DNA of 55,822 nucleotides from a virus. The notes beneath the pieces were generated by a model. It was not told where the DNA came from. It searched no databases and saw only the letters and a program-made list of their open reading frames with translations. Positions 43,811 through 53,574 of the stretch are shown here, one piece after another. The position numbers and the translations under genes are program-made. The DNA lies in the IMG/VR virus record IMGVR_UViG_3300031565_000042; one strand, given 5' to 3'. How positions within the stretch are numbered: the stretch's first letter is position 1; every line of letters begins with the position of its first letter.

Positions 43811-44302
43811 TTATTGACCCTCCGCCGCTTGTAAGGCGAGATAATTATCATGAGCTGGAATCAAAACGTTTGTGGCAAAAGTATTCAGTTCTGCCACGGT
43901 CACCCCAAATGCGGTTGCAAGTTGTTGTGCCGTGAAATCACCCGCTTGAAATCGTGAATAAATTTTAAAAGCGATGCGCCAGGCTTCCTCTTTCGTAGCA
44001 TCCTTAAAGGCCGCTCGGATAGCTGCAGCATATTGAGCTTTGGTCGCATGTACTATAGTAATGGGAACATCATTATCTTGCAGCCACTCATCCACTTCTC
44101 GCTCGCCCAGTTGAGTTTCCATCCTTTGCCGAATGGCTTCCTTCACTGTTTCAGGGTCGTACGCATTGTCAAACGTGATGACCGGTCCAAAGATATGTTC
44201 GTTGGCCACATGGTCAATGGCAGTAAACAAAATCCGCCGGTGGCCTGGCTTTTGAAAGATTTGATAACTAATAGAAGTGAGTGCCATATTTTTCCTTCTC
44301 AA
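43811..44302 (-). CDS. hypothetical protein
   Basis: 163-aa ORF. An alternative start lies at 44287. Confidence 0.6.
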   Translation of the reverse strand: MRRKNMALTSISYQIFQKPGHRRILFTAIDHVANEHIFGPVITFDNAYDPETVKEAIRQRMETQLGEREVDEWLQDNDVPITIVHATKAQYAAAIRAAFKDATKEEAWRIAFKIYSRFQAGDFTAQQLATAFGVTVAELNTFATNVLIPAHDNYLALQAAEGQ

Positions 44303-44304
44303 CT

Positions 44305-44751
44305 TTAGTCAAATGTAATGGTCGAAGTATTCTTGACGCGTGGAATCACACCTGTTGCCGTGGTGATATTGGGTGTCAATGTCCCACTCGCTAACAGTTT
44401 TCCTGCCCCACTTGCCGTGTTGACAATACCGAAATGTGTGATGGCTGCTCCTGGGGTGACACCGACCTCAGCGAAATCCACGTCATCGGTGGGAGTCACC
44501 ACTGCCCCTATCACGGTAAATCCACCCGCGCCTGACGCGCGAGCAAGAGGTACACGCAGATAGTTCGTGTACGCCGTTTCATTCGTCACGGCGGTACCGG
44601 CTTCCCCTGGATCAGCAGTATGCAGCGACACCCAGAACGTCCCTGCGACGGTTGAGCCTCGCACGCCTGTAACATCTCCAATGTTCGCGATATCTGTGTT
44701 GTTAAAAAGCAAAAGTGCTAAATCATTTTCGAATGTATTTGATGCTGACAT
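44305..44751 (-). CDS. hypothetical structural-module protein
   Basis: 148 aa. NDLALLLFNNTDIANIG...FWVSLHTADPGEAGTAVTNETAYTNYLRV is a pattern I recall seeing in uncharacterised phage structural proteins; this is not verified. Confidence 0.6.
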   Translation of the reverse strand: MSASNTFENDLALLLFNNTDIANIGDVTGVRGSTVAGTFWVSLHTADPGEAGTAVTNETAYTNYLRVPLARASGAGGFTVIGAVVTPTDDVDFAEVGVTPGAAITHFGIVNTASGAGKLLASGTLTPNITTATGVIPRVKNTSTITFD

Positions 44752-44765
44752 GATAGTTCTTCCTC

Positions 44766-44990
44766 CTAGCTAGATGAGTTGAGTGAGTTAATTCCCGCAA
44801 AGACTTTGAGTGGGGCAATAAAAACAAACCCATTGGTGCCCACTTGAGACAGAGCCGGAACCACAGTAGCGATGGCCGACACCAAAGCGTTCGCGAAGCC
44901 CCCATTCTTGGCGTCGGCGCATGCGCCGCCGAAATTCCCGTTGATGCTGACCGCATTCGACACTCGGCGTCCACAGTGAAAAATCCTCAT
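44766..44990 (-). CDS. hypothetical small protein
   Basis: 74-aa ORF, Gly/Ala/Asn-rich. Confidence 0.45.
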   Translation of the reverse strand: MRIFHCGRRVSNAVSINGNFGGACADAKNGGFANALVSAIATVVPALSQVGTNGFVFIAPLKVFAGINSLNSSS

Positions 44991-44992
44991 GG

Positions 44993-45622
44993 CTACGAAA
45001 AACTCCTAGGCATTTGATTGTTAAAAATTAACAGTGGAGCGATCACCTCAAAATTGCTTGGTGCAATCCTTGAGGCCACTGGGACATCAGCCATGACGGT
45101 TCCCACCACAGCTTCGGCAAACGAGCCATTCTCCGCATCAGCCCAATCTCCTGGTCCGAAGTCATTATCCACGGCAACCCCATCGGCCCTTCGGATGCCA
45201 AAGTCCCACAGTCTCACCCTTCCTGAGCCTGGGACAATGGCAAAGGTCAATTGAAAAATTCTATCAGTCGGCAATGCGGCCCCAAGATTCCAGACCGCTG
45301 ATGCTCGTTCATTGGCGACCACTCCATTCCCGGCGACGATGCCAATCATGTTCGGCTCAACCCAGGCAGCGGCCCCTCTTGTGGAAGAACCGAATTCGAA
45401 GATCAGACCTTGACTCACACCAGCCTGAATTCTGATGCGGGTTTGAAACATGATGGGAAGGGAACGATCAGGAAACATACTGGCTGTCACAAGAGGCGTG
45501 ACGCCGATACCGGCAGACCCATGAATCAAGTGCGTGATGAAATTTTGAGAATATCCCGCACGGTCTTTCCGCCACTTCTCTCGACGAAGGGATGTTGAGA
45601 TATTTTGTTGCGTGGTCGGCAT
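44993..45622 (-). CDS. jelly-roll (LamG/concanavalin-like?) protein
   Basis: Start at MPTTQQN with AAGAAAGG 8 nt upstream. It is beta-rich: GLIFEFGSSTRGAAAWVEPNMIGIVAG...RVRLWDFG. Confidence 0.5.
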   Translation of the reverse strand: MPTTQQNISTSLRREKWRKDRAGYSQNFITHLIHGSAGIGVTPLVTASMFPDRSLPIMFQTRIRIQAGVSQGLIFEFGSSTRGAAAWVEPNMIGIVAGNGVVANERASAVWNLGAALPTDRIFQLTFAIVPGSGRVRLWDFGIRRADGVAVDNDFGPGDWADAENGSFAEAVVGTVMADVPVASRIAPSNFEVIAPLLIFNNQMPRSFS

Positions 45623-45641
45623 GGGTTTGCCTTTCTTTTTT

Positions 45642-46223
45642 TTATGCGCTTTGAGGCTTATGCAATGGAACGACAACGGGTCGCTTTTGTCCAAATCCTC
45701 CTGTGCGTTTGTGGGCTTGATCCAATTGCGAATCAGGAGAAAGTTGCTTCACCATCTGTGCAAGATTGGTCCCGCCTTTCAAAAATTCCCGAACATTCGT
45801 GACAGCCTGCATCTTGCGTTCTTGCGTGCGTTGTTGAAAGGCTTTCACATTGTCATTCGGATTTTTGGGATTCATGGCCCCCAGCCGTTGTTGATGTTTG
45901 TTCAAAAGGAAGGAAATTTGATTGATGCGTCTCAGCACAATCCGAATATCTTCCATTCGGGCATTGAGCATTTTGGCTTGTCGATCAAATTCCTTTGCCC
46001 CACGATTGCACAGTTCCAAATTGTTGAACACTTCCCCTGGTGGCCATGCACAGATTTCTTCGTCACCTTCTCCAAGATCCAGCCAAGGCAGCACCACCTT
46101 TTCTGGATTCTCTTCATCGAGGCGCACTACCTTTCGCTTTAATGTCGGCATTGGCTTTTCGTCCGGTACCTGGTCGAATGGTGGCAATTTCTTTGTTTCG
46201 GTACTTGGGTTTTCGCTTTCCAT
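45642..46223 (-). CDS. hypothetical protein
   Basis: 193-aa ORF. It is the first gene after the capsid-module terminator. Confidence 0.6.
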   Translation of the reverse strand: MESENPSTETKKLPPFDQVPDEKPMPTLKRKVVRLDEENPEKVVLPWLDLGEGDEEICAWPPGEVFNNLELCNRGAKEFDRQAKMLNARMEDIRIVLRRINQISFLLNKHQQRLGAMNPKNPNDNVKAFQQRTQERKMQAVTNVREFLKGGTNLAQMVKQLSPDSQLDQAHKRTGGFGQKRPVVVPLHKPQSA

Positions 46224-46285
46224 TGTCTTTCCCCTTTCAATGTTTGTTGAGACGATGGACTAAATTTACTCTTGGCTATTGATTT

Positions 46286-46322
46286 AAAAAAAAAGAAACG
46301 GGCGAGAATTTCTTCTCACCCG
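46286..46322 (-). terminator. rho-independent terminator after the capsid module
   Basis: The minus strand reads cgggtgagaa-GAAA-ttctcgcccg. This is a 10-bp stem with one G-U and a GNRA loop, followed by tttcttttttttt. Confidence 0.85.
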
Positions 46323-46328
46323 AATCTG

Positions 46329-46838
46329 TTAAACATCGCCCAACATGATGTAGGCGAGATGTAACTGACCTACTGCAGTAATCAATACTCCGTCTGCGCT
46401 GATATCAGCGTCATCGACAAGCAAGCTGAGATTCACTTCAGCGGTCCCAGCCTTATTGTCGATCATGGCCGCAGTGATATTTTCAACTCTTGTGAGCACA
46501 CCGACTTCGGCGGTCGCTGCAGCTAAGGCAGTGGATGGAATAATATCTACATCGGTTGTAGATATTGTGGCATCGGCAGCCGGAGTTGATCCGATTCCGA
46601 AGTCTCCGGCCCAGGTATCACTAAGCCCAGCATCAGAACCAGACCCAGAAAATTGAACAGAGACAACGGCACCGAGCAGAAGGATGTTTCCTTCTGGCAA
46701 TCCTTCAAGCCTGATTGATCCAAAGCCGACGCCAGTTGCGCCGTCAATGGTCATCACCTGATTGATTTGAATGACTCTATCTTGAAGGCCGATCTGACGT
46801 GATCGGGCCTTAAGGCTTCGTGGTAATCCTTTTCCCAT
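46329..46838 (-). CDS. capsid-associated protein (possible decoration protein)
   Basis: 169 aa. It lies immediately after the major capsid gene and before the terminator. Confidence 0.5.
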   Translation of the reverse strand: MGKGLPRSLKARSRQIGLQDRVIQINQVMTIDGATGVGFGSIRLEGLPEGNILLLGAVVSVQFSGSGSDAGLSDTWAGDFGIGSTPAADATISTTDVDIIPSTALAAATAEVGVLTRVENITAAMIDNKAGTAEVNLSLLVDDADISADGVLITAVGQLHLAYIMLGDV

Positions 46839-46944
46839 GATTAAATCCTCCGACTAATAAATTGTGAAGATTGGCGGGGTCGAGGATTTTACCCAAACGA
46901 CCCCAACCATCCATCCTAAGCATCTATAGGTCTTACCAAAACGC

Positions 46945-48003
46945 CTAGGATTCCCGTGTTACCAATCGAGCAAACTTAATCATTTTTCTTTCTGGCCAGA
47001 CGCGATTCCATGAAGTCGCGTTGTTCAACTGATTGGCAGCTGTGCCGTTCCCTGGTCCACCGTTAGGCGGCGTTCCAATGTAGGAATGGCCAGATGGATG
47101 GATGCTCCATTCCACTCTGTTATACAGCACCTCTTGCCCGCCACCGTTTCCGGCTTGTGGGTAGCGTTGCACTTCAGTCGGTACCTTTGGCCCACCCGTA
47201 CCGAGTAACGCCATTCCACTTCCGAACAACCACGTGTCGAACACTCCGGCAGCATTCGGCATCCCATCATCAACAATGACTTCCCTTCGAAGGAACGTAT
47301 TGATAAGGGTTTCTCCTCGTGCATCAGGAATGAGGTCGATGAGGTTGTTCTTTTGCATGCGAGCGAACACAATCGAATGAACGATCATGGCCGTGAGGCC
47401 ATCCATTGAATCGCCCATGGTGACCGCTGTATCCACGACCGCTTCGGCACTGATATTGGTGACGCCATCAATGAACGCACCACCAGAAATGTTATTCTGA
47501 TAGTCGCCTGCATCGTTGGCCACATTGTCAGCAATCAATCCATTGATCGTGGCAATAAATGCAGCCTGAAGTCGACGTGCCCAATAATTGCCCACTCTGG
47601 ACGCAATGCCCATCATAGGATCATGACCAGCCAACGCAGAGGCGAGATCAGCGGTTGACCAGGAGTTGTTACGAGATAAGCGCACCGCAATCTCTTGATC
47701 GCTTTGCACTTTTAAAGGAATGCTGTCCAGTCGAGTGACTGGTGTACCGGCACCATAGTCGGCTGCAACGGAGTCAGCCACATCATCACTTGACACATTG
47801 TCAGCATCATCATCCAGGTCGCGTTGGCTTGGCATGTTGAACGTCAACCCACCAGCTGCAACCTTTTGATTCATCAAGGCATCAGAAACCAAGATGCCTG
47901 ATTGCACAATCCGAGATTTTTGCTCGGAGATTTGCTGAACATACGGAGTGAATATTTCGGGAACGATGACATCTGAGACTTGAGTTAATGGGCCTACAGC
48001 CAT
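46945..48003 (-). CDS. major capsid protein
   Basis: 352 aa. It follows the scaffold gene and has AGGAGG upstream. Assigned from size and position, with an HK97-fold-family-like sequence character. Confidence 0.8.
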   Translation of the reverse strand: MAVGPLTQVSDVIVPEIFTPYVQQISEQKSRIVQSGILVSDALMNQKVAAGGLTFNMPSQRDLDDDADNVSSDDVADSVAADYGAGTPVTRLDSIPLKVQSDQEIAVRLSRNNSWSTADLASALAGHDPMMGIASRVGNYWARRLQAAFIATINGLIADNVANDAGDYQNNISGGAFIDGVTNISAEAVVDTAVTMGDSMDGLTAMIVHSIVFARMQKNNLIDLIPDARGETLINTFLRREVIVDDGMPNAAGVFDTWLFGSGMALLGTGGPKVPTEVQRYPQAGNGGGQEVLYNRVEWSIHPSGHSYIGTPPNGGPGNGTAANQLNNATSWNRVWPERKMIKFARLVTRES

Positions 48004-48140
48004 TGTGATTTTCCTCCTGTTAAATCTCGTGAAATAACGGCAGGAAAATCATCGGAATTTTCCACGCCAGGTTGATTGTCGAATGCAATCATGTACCGGA
48101 CATGAATTGGTGGGCGGTCTTGTGTTTCTTTCGATACCTC

Positions 48141-48971
48141 CTATTTGTCAGGTGGCTTGGTGGCCCCGACAAAAGACCCGGCAGCTTTCGCTAGCTGTTG
48201 GGTTTTCTCTGAACCATACTTTTTAAAAATTTGGCCTTGTTCAGTCATGTTCCAATTTGCTTTGGTCCAGGCATTCTTCTCGGTGATGCCTAGCGTGAGT
48301 CCTCCACCACCTGCGCCGGCTCCCACATTGGCTGGCCAGTAGTGTTGCGCTAATGGGGCGAGTTCTTCAATCCATCCATCCGGTCCGAGTCCTGGTGTGA
48401 CACCGATGCCGTCCTTCGTGACGACCGAGACTTTACCATCTTGTTCGATCAATTCAAACTGTGGCTTGCCTCTCATGACCAAATCGCCAATAGCTGAGGG
48501 TATGACTTTGGCCTTTTCAGCCGCTGCCCGTATAGCCAATTCAATTTTGCCGGTCTTGATTTCATCAGTCAATTTTAACGTGGCCCCTACGGAATCATCA
48601 CGCTCTTTGGTCAACTTTTGCACTTGCCGTTCCAGTGGTCCCACCTTGGTTCTGACTCTGGCTTCAACAATTTTCTCAATTTGTTCTTCTGTTTTCTTGT
48701 CGCCTCCACTTTCGATGGTGGCCTTGGCTGCTTCCAGCTCTTCAATCAACGTCTGCACTTCCTCTGGTGTTTTTCCATGCAGCTTGGCTTCCTCACGAAG
48801 CTTGGCATTTTCAGTTCGTTCCTTTTGTAGTGAAAATTCAAGCCGTTGCACATTGGCTTCAGTGGTCACACCCTCAATTTCGATGCACCATTTCTCGCCC
48901 TTCTGTTTGAAGAGGTCAACGTACTGTTCAGGAATGTCTTCTTTTTGGTCGTAAGTGGCTTGCAGTTTCAT
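48141..48971 (-). CDS. scaffolding protein
   Basis: 276 aa, highly charged and helical (EELEAAKATIESGGDKKTEEQIEKIVEARV). It lies between the MuF-like and capsid genes. Confidence 0.75.
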   Translation of the reverse strand: MKLQATYDQKEDIPEQYVDLFKQKGEKWCIEIEGVTTEANVQRLEFSLQKERTENAKLREEAKLHGKTPEEVQTLIEELEAAKATIESGGDKKTEEQIEKIVEARVRTKVGPLERQVQKLTKERDDSVGATLKLTDEIKTGKIELAIRAAAEKAKVIPSAIGDLVMRGKPQFELIEQDGKVSVVTKDGIGVTPGLGPDGWIEELAPLAQHYWPANVGAGAGGGGLTLGITEKNAWTKANWNMTEQGQIFKKYGSEKTQQLAKAAGSFVGATKPPDK

Positions 48972-49004
48972 AGTGTCCCTTTCGATAAGTAATATAACGA
49001 GTGT

Positions 49005-50138
49005 TTATTCTTCTGGCAAACCAGCCTTGATGAAAGCTTCGGGATGATCTCTCCGTAAATCACTCAACGTAAATGTCTTTCCCCTTGGGTCGGTGAACTT
49101 GTCCACGGTTAAACCCCCTTTCCGAAACAGTGATCCTTTTGATTTGCCCAAGACATCATCCTGAAAGCTGGCAGTTTGGTTTTTAAGAAACACCTGATAC
49201 GATTGCGTGGCTGGAACGATTCCTGTCAGCTTGTTGGTTAACTCCCTCTTTTCTTTTATGGTCAACCCTTCCATCATTTGTTTGGTCGTGGCCACAGCTG
49301 GCCGTTCCCCGATCGCTTTGCCATTTACCGCTGGTACACGAGTTGATCGGCAATTGAAATGCACAGGCGGGACTGGCCCTTCTCCATTCTTAAACACTTG
49401 GCCATCCAGCCCCATGCACTGCAACGTGGTCCGGCCATCCAATGTCGCGACATAGATTTCTTCAGGAATGATTTGTCGATTGGCGGCATACACTTCTTGC
49501 CGTGCTTGGTTCGCAATAAAATTCACGGCTGTCCTGGCTATGCCTTCCACATTCTTTTTCGTGAGCGAACGTGTCCCATCTCGAAAGTTTTGTGAGGCCG
49601 TGCCAAACACTCTCCGGCCTATGGCCACTTCACCTTCACCATTGACCATGCCGATTCGAATCTGGTCCATCATGCGAAGCGTGTCAGCGTTGTTGAGATC
49701 CCGAATCCACTTTTCCAAAATCCGGCCCTGAAAAGGTTGCTTGGTCGCAATGGCATTGAGCAAAGAAGATTGCGGCAAGGCCAAATTCACCACCACCGGC
49801 AAGGCAGCCGTAATGGTGTCAGCCGTAAAAACCGATTCCAACACCGCTATCTCTGTCATTTGTTGTTTCATCTCTCGCCGGATGTCTTGATAGGTGGGCT
49901 TCTGCAAATCCCGAATGGCTTGTTGCAAGGCATTGATTCGTGCCGTGCGAGTCTTCCCAAACTTCCTTCTGTTGCCGGTCAACGGGTTGGTGCGTTCCTC
50001 AATCAATCGCCGTAGGTCGCCATCAACAAGGCTTAAAAGCCTCTTCATGTCTTTTCCAAGACCAGCGGCCAGTCGCAAAACTCTTGTCTGCCTTCGAACA
50101 AGCGCATCACGGATTTGCTCGTTAGACGTGTCTGCCAT
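49005..50138 (-). CDS. head morphogenesis protein (SPP1 gp7 / Mu F-like)
   Basis: 377 aa. It follows the portal gene. VHFNCRSTRVP matches the conserved C-terminal motif of this family. Confidence 0.75.
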   Translation of the reverse strand: MADTSNEQIRDALVRRQTRVLRLAAGLGKDMKRLLSLVDGDLRRLIEERTNPLTGNRRKFGKTRTARINALQQAIRDLQKPTYQDIRREMKQQMTEIAVLESVFTADTITAALPVVVNLALPQSSLLNAIATKQPFQGRILEKWIRDLNNADTLRMMDQIRIGMVNGEGEVAIGRRVFGTASQNFRDGTRSLTKKNVEGIARTAVNFIANQARQEVYAANRQIIPEEIYVATLDGRTTLQCMGLDGQVFKNGEGPVPPVHFNCRSTRVPAVNGKAIGERPAVATTKQMMEGLTIKEKRELTNKLTGIVPATQSYQVFLKNQTASFQDDVLGKSKGSLFRKGGLTVDKFTDPRGKTFTLSDLRRDHPEAFIKAGLPEE

Positions 50139-50144
50139 CTAGGA

Positions 50145-51842
50145 TCAATTAGCCTCTGGTCGCAATTCAGGATTTGGCGTTCCAGCCTGTTGTCTCCGTA
50201 ATTGGTCAAGCATGAGGGTTCGCATTTCGATAGTTTCCTCATCCTCATCCGTGCCCCGCATCTCATTCAATTTGGTTTCCTCTTCCTCAATCCTTTTCAG
50301 TTCCTCTTCTAAGGTCAATTCAGTGACACCTTTTTCGACTAGCCAATTGTGAATGCTTTGCAAGGACAAAGGCGCATCTGAATTCTTTGCAGCCATGAAG
50401 TCCAGCAATTCTTTTGGGTTAAACTTATCCGGCACAAAGTCCATGTTGGGCTTGACCACCACCTGTTCAGGATCCGCGCCAATCCATACAGCCATTTTCC
50501 GAAGCAAGGTCTGCAAACCCACGGCCCCAGCCACAACTATTGTCGTGATGCTCGCAGTTCGTGCCGCCACACGAATTTGTAGGGATTCTTCGGCCTCTTT
50601 TGCAGCTCCCCTGCTTGAAGAAAGCAAGTTCGCCCCAAGCTCTGAAGCTTTGTTGTAATCGTTTTCCAAGGCCGTTCGTTGTTCAGGCAACCCATTACTT
50701 GAGACTCCGATGTATTTAGCATCCCCGTTGAGGGGAAGATTAATTGAGGCCGATGCCCCGACAAACCGTTTTTGTTTGTCATCTTCTCCCACCATATCCC
50801 CAATCGTGACTAATGTATCTTGGCTTTGCATGAACAACGTATTGCGATAATCAGCTTCGCCTCGGTAGATGGTGAAGGAAAGGCTGGCCAACCCCAGCAT
50901 TGGAATTTGGTCTGGTGTCGGTGTCAGGTCGACGGAACCAATAAATACGAAAGGAATTTCATCTAAGGTATTGCCGCGAATGGAAGGTGTGACCCCATCT
51001 AGCGTTCTGTTCACAGAGGTTTGTGTGACTTCAGTTTGTCGATTGGCTTGCTCTTGCTGAGTCAATTCCTCATCGTCAATTTCCAACCGGCTTCGATAGA
51101 CGACGGCTTGGCCTTCCTTGATGACGTCAATCGTTTCAAAATTTCTCTGCGTCTCAGTGGTTGGCACTAAATCCAACACCAGATATTTTTGTTTGAATTC
51201 CCAACCAAACCCTGAGACTCGTTCCCAGCCACTCTCATTGCAGACCACCAAGTCCAACCGATTGCGGCCATCCGGTCTTCGTGACTCATCCCAGTTGATA
51301 ATGGATTCAGCTTGATAGGTGACGATATGCGGGAGGGTGTTCCCCATGCCCGTTGGCACATCAGCCAACAAGCCAATGCGGCCAGTCATCAATTGCGCTT
51401 CATTGATTTTTATCAACAGCGTTTGCAGGGATTCACCTTCCAGCGTGGCATTCTCCCGCAACGGTTCCATCTGTGGCGGCAATTCAATGATGGCCTTTTC
51501 TCTGTGCATCACACCCACTAAAGCGTTGATGGCTGGTTGCACCAAATACGGGAAAACCGATTTAATCAGATAGGTGTCGTACATGGCCTTTCCCTCTTGG
51601 CCTTTACCTAGTCCTGCGGCTCTCATGCCTGAAGTAGTTGGCAAATAGGTCGTCGTCTTTTCCTTGACCTTGCGTTCTCCGGAAGCGGCATCACGCACCA
51701 AGATCCAATCAGGATGGATGTCGATATATTCAGGGTGTTGAGTTTGAACGGAATCGGATGCTGAAGTGCTTACGGTCCCAGCACTGGTAGCTGGTAGCAG
51801 AGTGGTTCCTGTGGTCGGCATGGCGGGGGTCCTCCTATCCAA
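50145..51842 (-). CDS. portal protein (DUF4055-like)
   Basis: 565 aa. It follows the large terminase gene. HPEYIDIHPDWILVRDAASGERKVKEKTTTYLP resembles the DUF4055 portal N-terminus. Confidence 0.8.
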   Translation of the reverse strand: MDRRTPAMPTTGTTLLPATSAGTVSTSASDSVQTQHPEYIDIHPDWILVRDAASGERKVKEKTTTYLPTTSGMRAAGLGKGQEGKAMYDTYLIKSVFPYLVQPAINALVGVMHREKAIIELPPQMEPLRENATLEGESLQTLLIKINEAQLMTGRIGLLADVPTGMGNTLPHIVTYQAESIINWDESRRPDGRNRLDLVVCNESGWERVSGFGWEFKQKYLVLDLVPTTETQRNFETIDVIKEGQAVVYRSRLEIDDEELTQQEQANRQTEVTQTSVNRTLDGVTPSIRGNTLDEIPFVFIGSVDLTPTPDQIPMLGLASLSFTIYRGEADYRNTLFMQSQDTLVTIGDMVGEDDKQKRFVGASASINLPLNGDAKYIGVSSNGLPEQRTALENDYNKASELGANLLSSSRGAAKEAEESLQIRVAARTASITTIVVAGAVGLQTLLRKMAVWIGADPEQVVVKPNMDFVPDKFNPKELLDFMAAKNSDAPLSLQSIHNWLVEKGVTELTLEEELKRIEEEETKLNEMRGTDEDEETIEMRTLMLDQLRRQQAGTPNPELRPEAN

Positions 51843-51909
51843 CGGTAGTGAACTGGCTTGTTCACCAATACCGGATTGGCGAAGGAAATTTTTTGCAATC
51901 TGGTCAACA

Positions 51910-53574
51910 TCAATACAGCCCTATAGTGTGGCCGGTTTTAATCGGCGTGGGTTTCCATTGAATGCGATAGCGTGCAGCATCGTAGTTGTGGTCTTCGCTT
52001 TCCGTAAACACATCATCAGCGTCCATGGGATCACGAGGCAAGTCAGGCAAACATCGGCGTAGTTGAACACAATCCGTCCAAATAAAAAAGCCTGGTTGAG
52101 TCATGGGCGTTTGATTAGCCGCAATAAATCTTTCCCGAAACATTCTTGCGCCGTTCACTCTTGACCCTGGCCCTTTGTCCACAGGATACCAGTGAACGTG
52201 CTTTGAGGCCATATCAGTAGCCACACTATTATTCGGTGGCCCATCCCAAATGCTCGAATCGGCTGGGCCTGGTTTCACTCTTCCTCGAAGGTAGGCTGTG
52301 CGTTCTTCGATGGCCTTGATGTTAGTCGCAATGTCAGTGGCCAACATCTTACAGCCTTGATTGGCCTTCCCATTCCAGCCGTACCATTCATGAATCGCGA
52401 AGAGGGTTCCCCGTGGATAAATTCTTCTGGTAGTACCAACTGGGGTTTCTCCATCGGAAGTCGTGAACCACAACACACTGAACGGTGCAGAATAGCCATA
52501 GTCAAAGGAACGGTCAATGCGCCAATGCGGAGGGATAGGGAAGGGGTCAATAACGATAATGGAGGGGATCCAGATATCTTCAAAGAACATGCCTTGCTGT
52601 GCGGATTTATCATGTTGGTATTCAGCCAAAAAAGCATTCAAACCAATGTCGTTAATAATCCGTTGGCATCGTTCTATTCCCAAATTGTCCCACGTTGGAA
52701 TGCCGCCTGTGATTTCGGCTTTGCCATCAATGGACTTTTTAAAGGTAAAATCTCTGAGCGCGGGGTACGGGCCAGACACTTTTCTATCTATGAGGAATTC
52801 CGCACGGCCATCCACTAACCTCGTAAATATAGATTGTCCATGAATGAGGTTCTGCACAGCAAGGATCGCTACAAATTGATTGCCCGAAGGGAGAATTTTT
52901 CTGGTCAGCAATTGAATCTTTTTCTCAATGGACGCATTCGTGTCCTTGTCTTTGTCAATGTCATCGAAAATAATGAGATCAGGCCGACGTTTCCCAATCT
53001 TGGCCCCACGGCCCATAGCATCAAGGCCAACAGCATCAACGGTTAATCCAGAAGCCGTGCGAAGGCGATTCATCCTCCATGCTTTTGAATGCCCGTACTT
53101 CCCAAGCTGCCTTTCACATAAATCAGGATCCACATCACTGATGACAGAACTTTCCAGGGCTGAAGCAATGTTGCCCACGTGATCGTTGGCTTGCTCTTGT
53201 GTGCCGGAAATATACACACAGTATGACTTGATGCGTTTGTGCCCAAGATAAATAACGGCCAGCTCAACGTTGGTGCTTTTCCCGCCTTCTCTTGGCCAGA
53301 CTGCAATGAAGGGATGAGGCCGAACAAATTCCTGAAGCGAGTACACCCACTCCCACAGCTCATGATGATAGACCGAAAAAGATGGGTCAGCCTGTTCATT
53401 CCTAAAGTTTAGCCCAAAGTAACGAAGCAGCCACACTTGCCAATCCAGGTCTTCGAATTCTTTAGGCGAGGAGTCGAGCTGTTGAAGCCGATGCCTGGTC
53501 TGGCCGAGAAACGACAACCCCGATGTCGGTAGTGACCTGTTGAAGGATTTTTGACGCAATGAGTCTGTCGGCAT
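51910..53574 (-). CDS. terminase large subunit
   Basis: 554 aa. Walker A-like WPREGGKST, Walker B-like LIIFDDID and a C-terminal nuclease-like region. The track start overlaps the upstream ORF by 113 nt, so the true start is uncertain. Confidence 0.88.
   Translation of the reverse strand: MPTDSLRQKSFNRSLPTSGLSFLGQTRHRLQQLDSSPKEFEDLDWQVWLLRYFGLNFRNEQADPSFSVYHHELWEWVYSLQEFVRPHPFIAVWPREGGKSTNVELAVIYLGHKRIKSYCVYISGTQEQANDHVGNIASALESSVISDVDPDLCERQLGKYGHSKAWRMNRLRTASGLTVDAVGLDAMGRGAKIGKRRPDLIIFDDIDKDKDTNASIEKKIQLLTRKILPSGNQFVAILAVQNLIHGQSIFTRLVDGRAEFLIDRKVSGPYPALRDFTFKKSIDGKAEITGGIPTWDNLGIERCQRIINDIGLNAFLAEYQHDKSAQQGMFFEDIWIPSIIVIDPFPIPPHWRIDRSFDYGYSAPFSVLWFTTSDGETPVGTTRRIYPRGTLFAIHEWYGWNGKANQGCKMLATDIATNIKAIEERTAYLRGRVKPGPADSSIWDGPPNNSVATDMASKHVHWYPVDKGPGSRVNGARMFRERFIAANQTPMTQPGFFIWTDCVQLRRCLPDLPRDPMDADDVFTESEDHNYDAARYRIQWKPTPIKTGHTIGLY

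Noticed and set aside
46868-46896. Terminator between the major capsid gene and the next gene (GGGGTCG...CGACCCC)
   Set aside because: It has only a 7-bp stem with a 15-nt loop and no U-tract. The strong terminator lies one gene further downstream.
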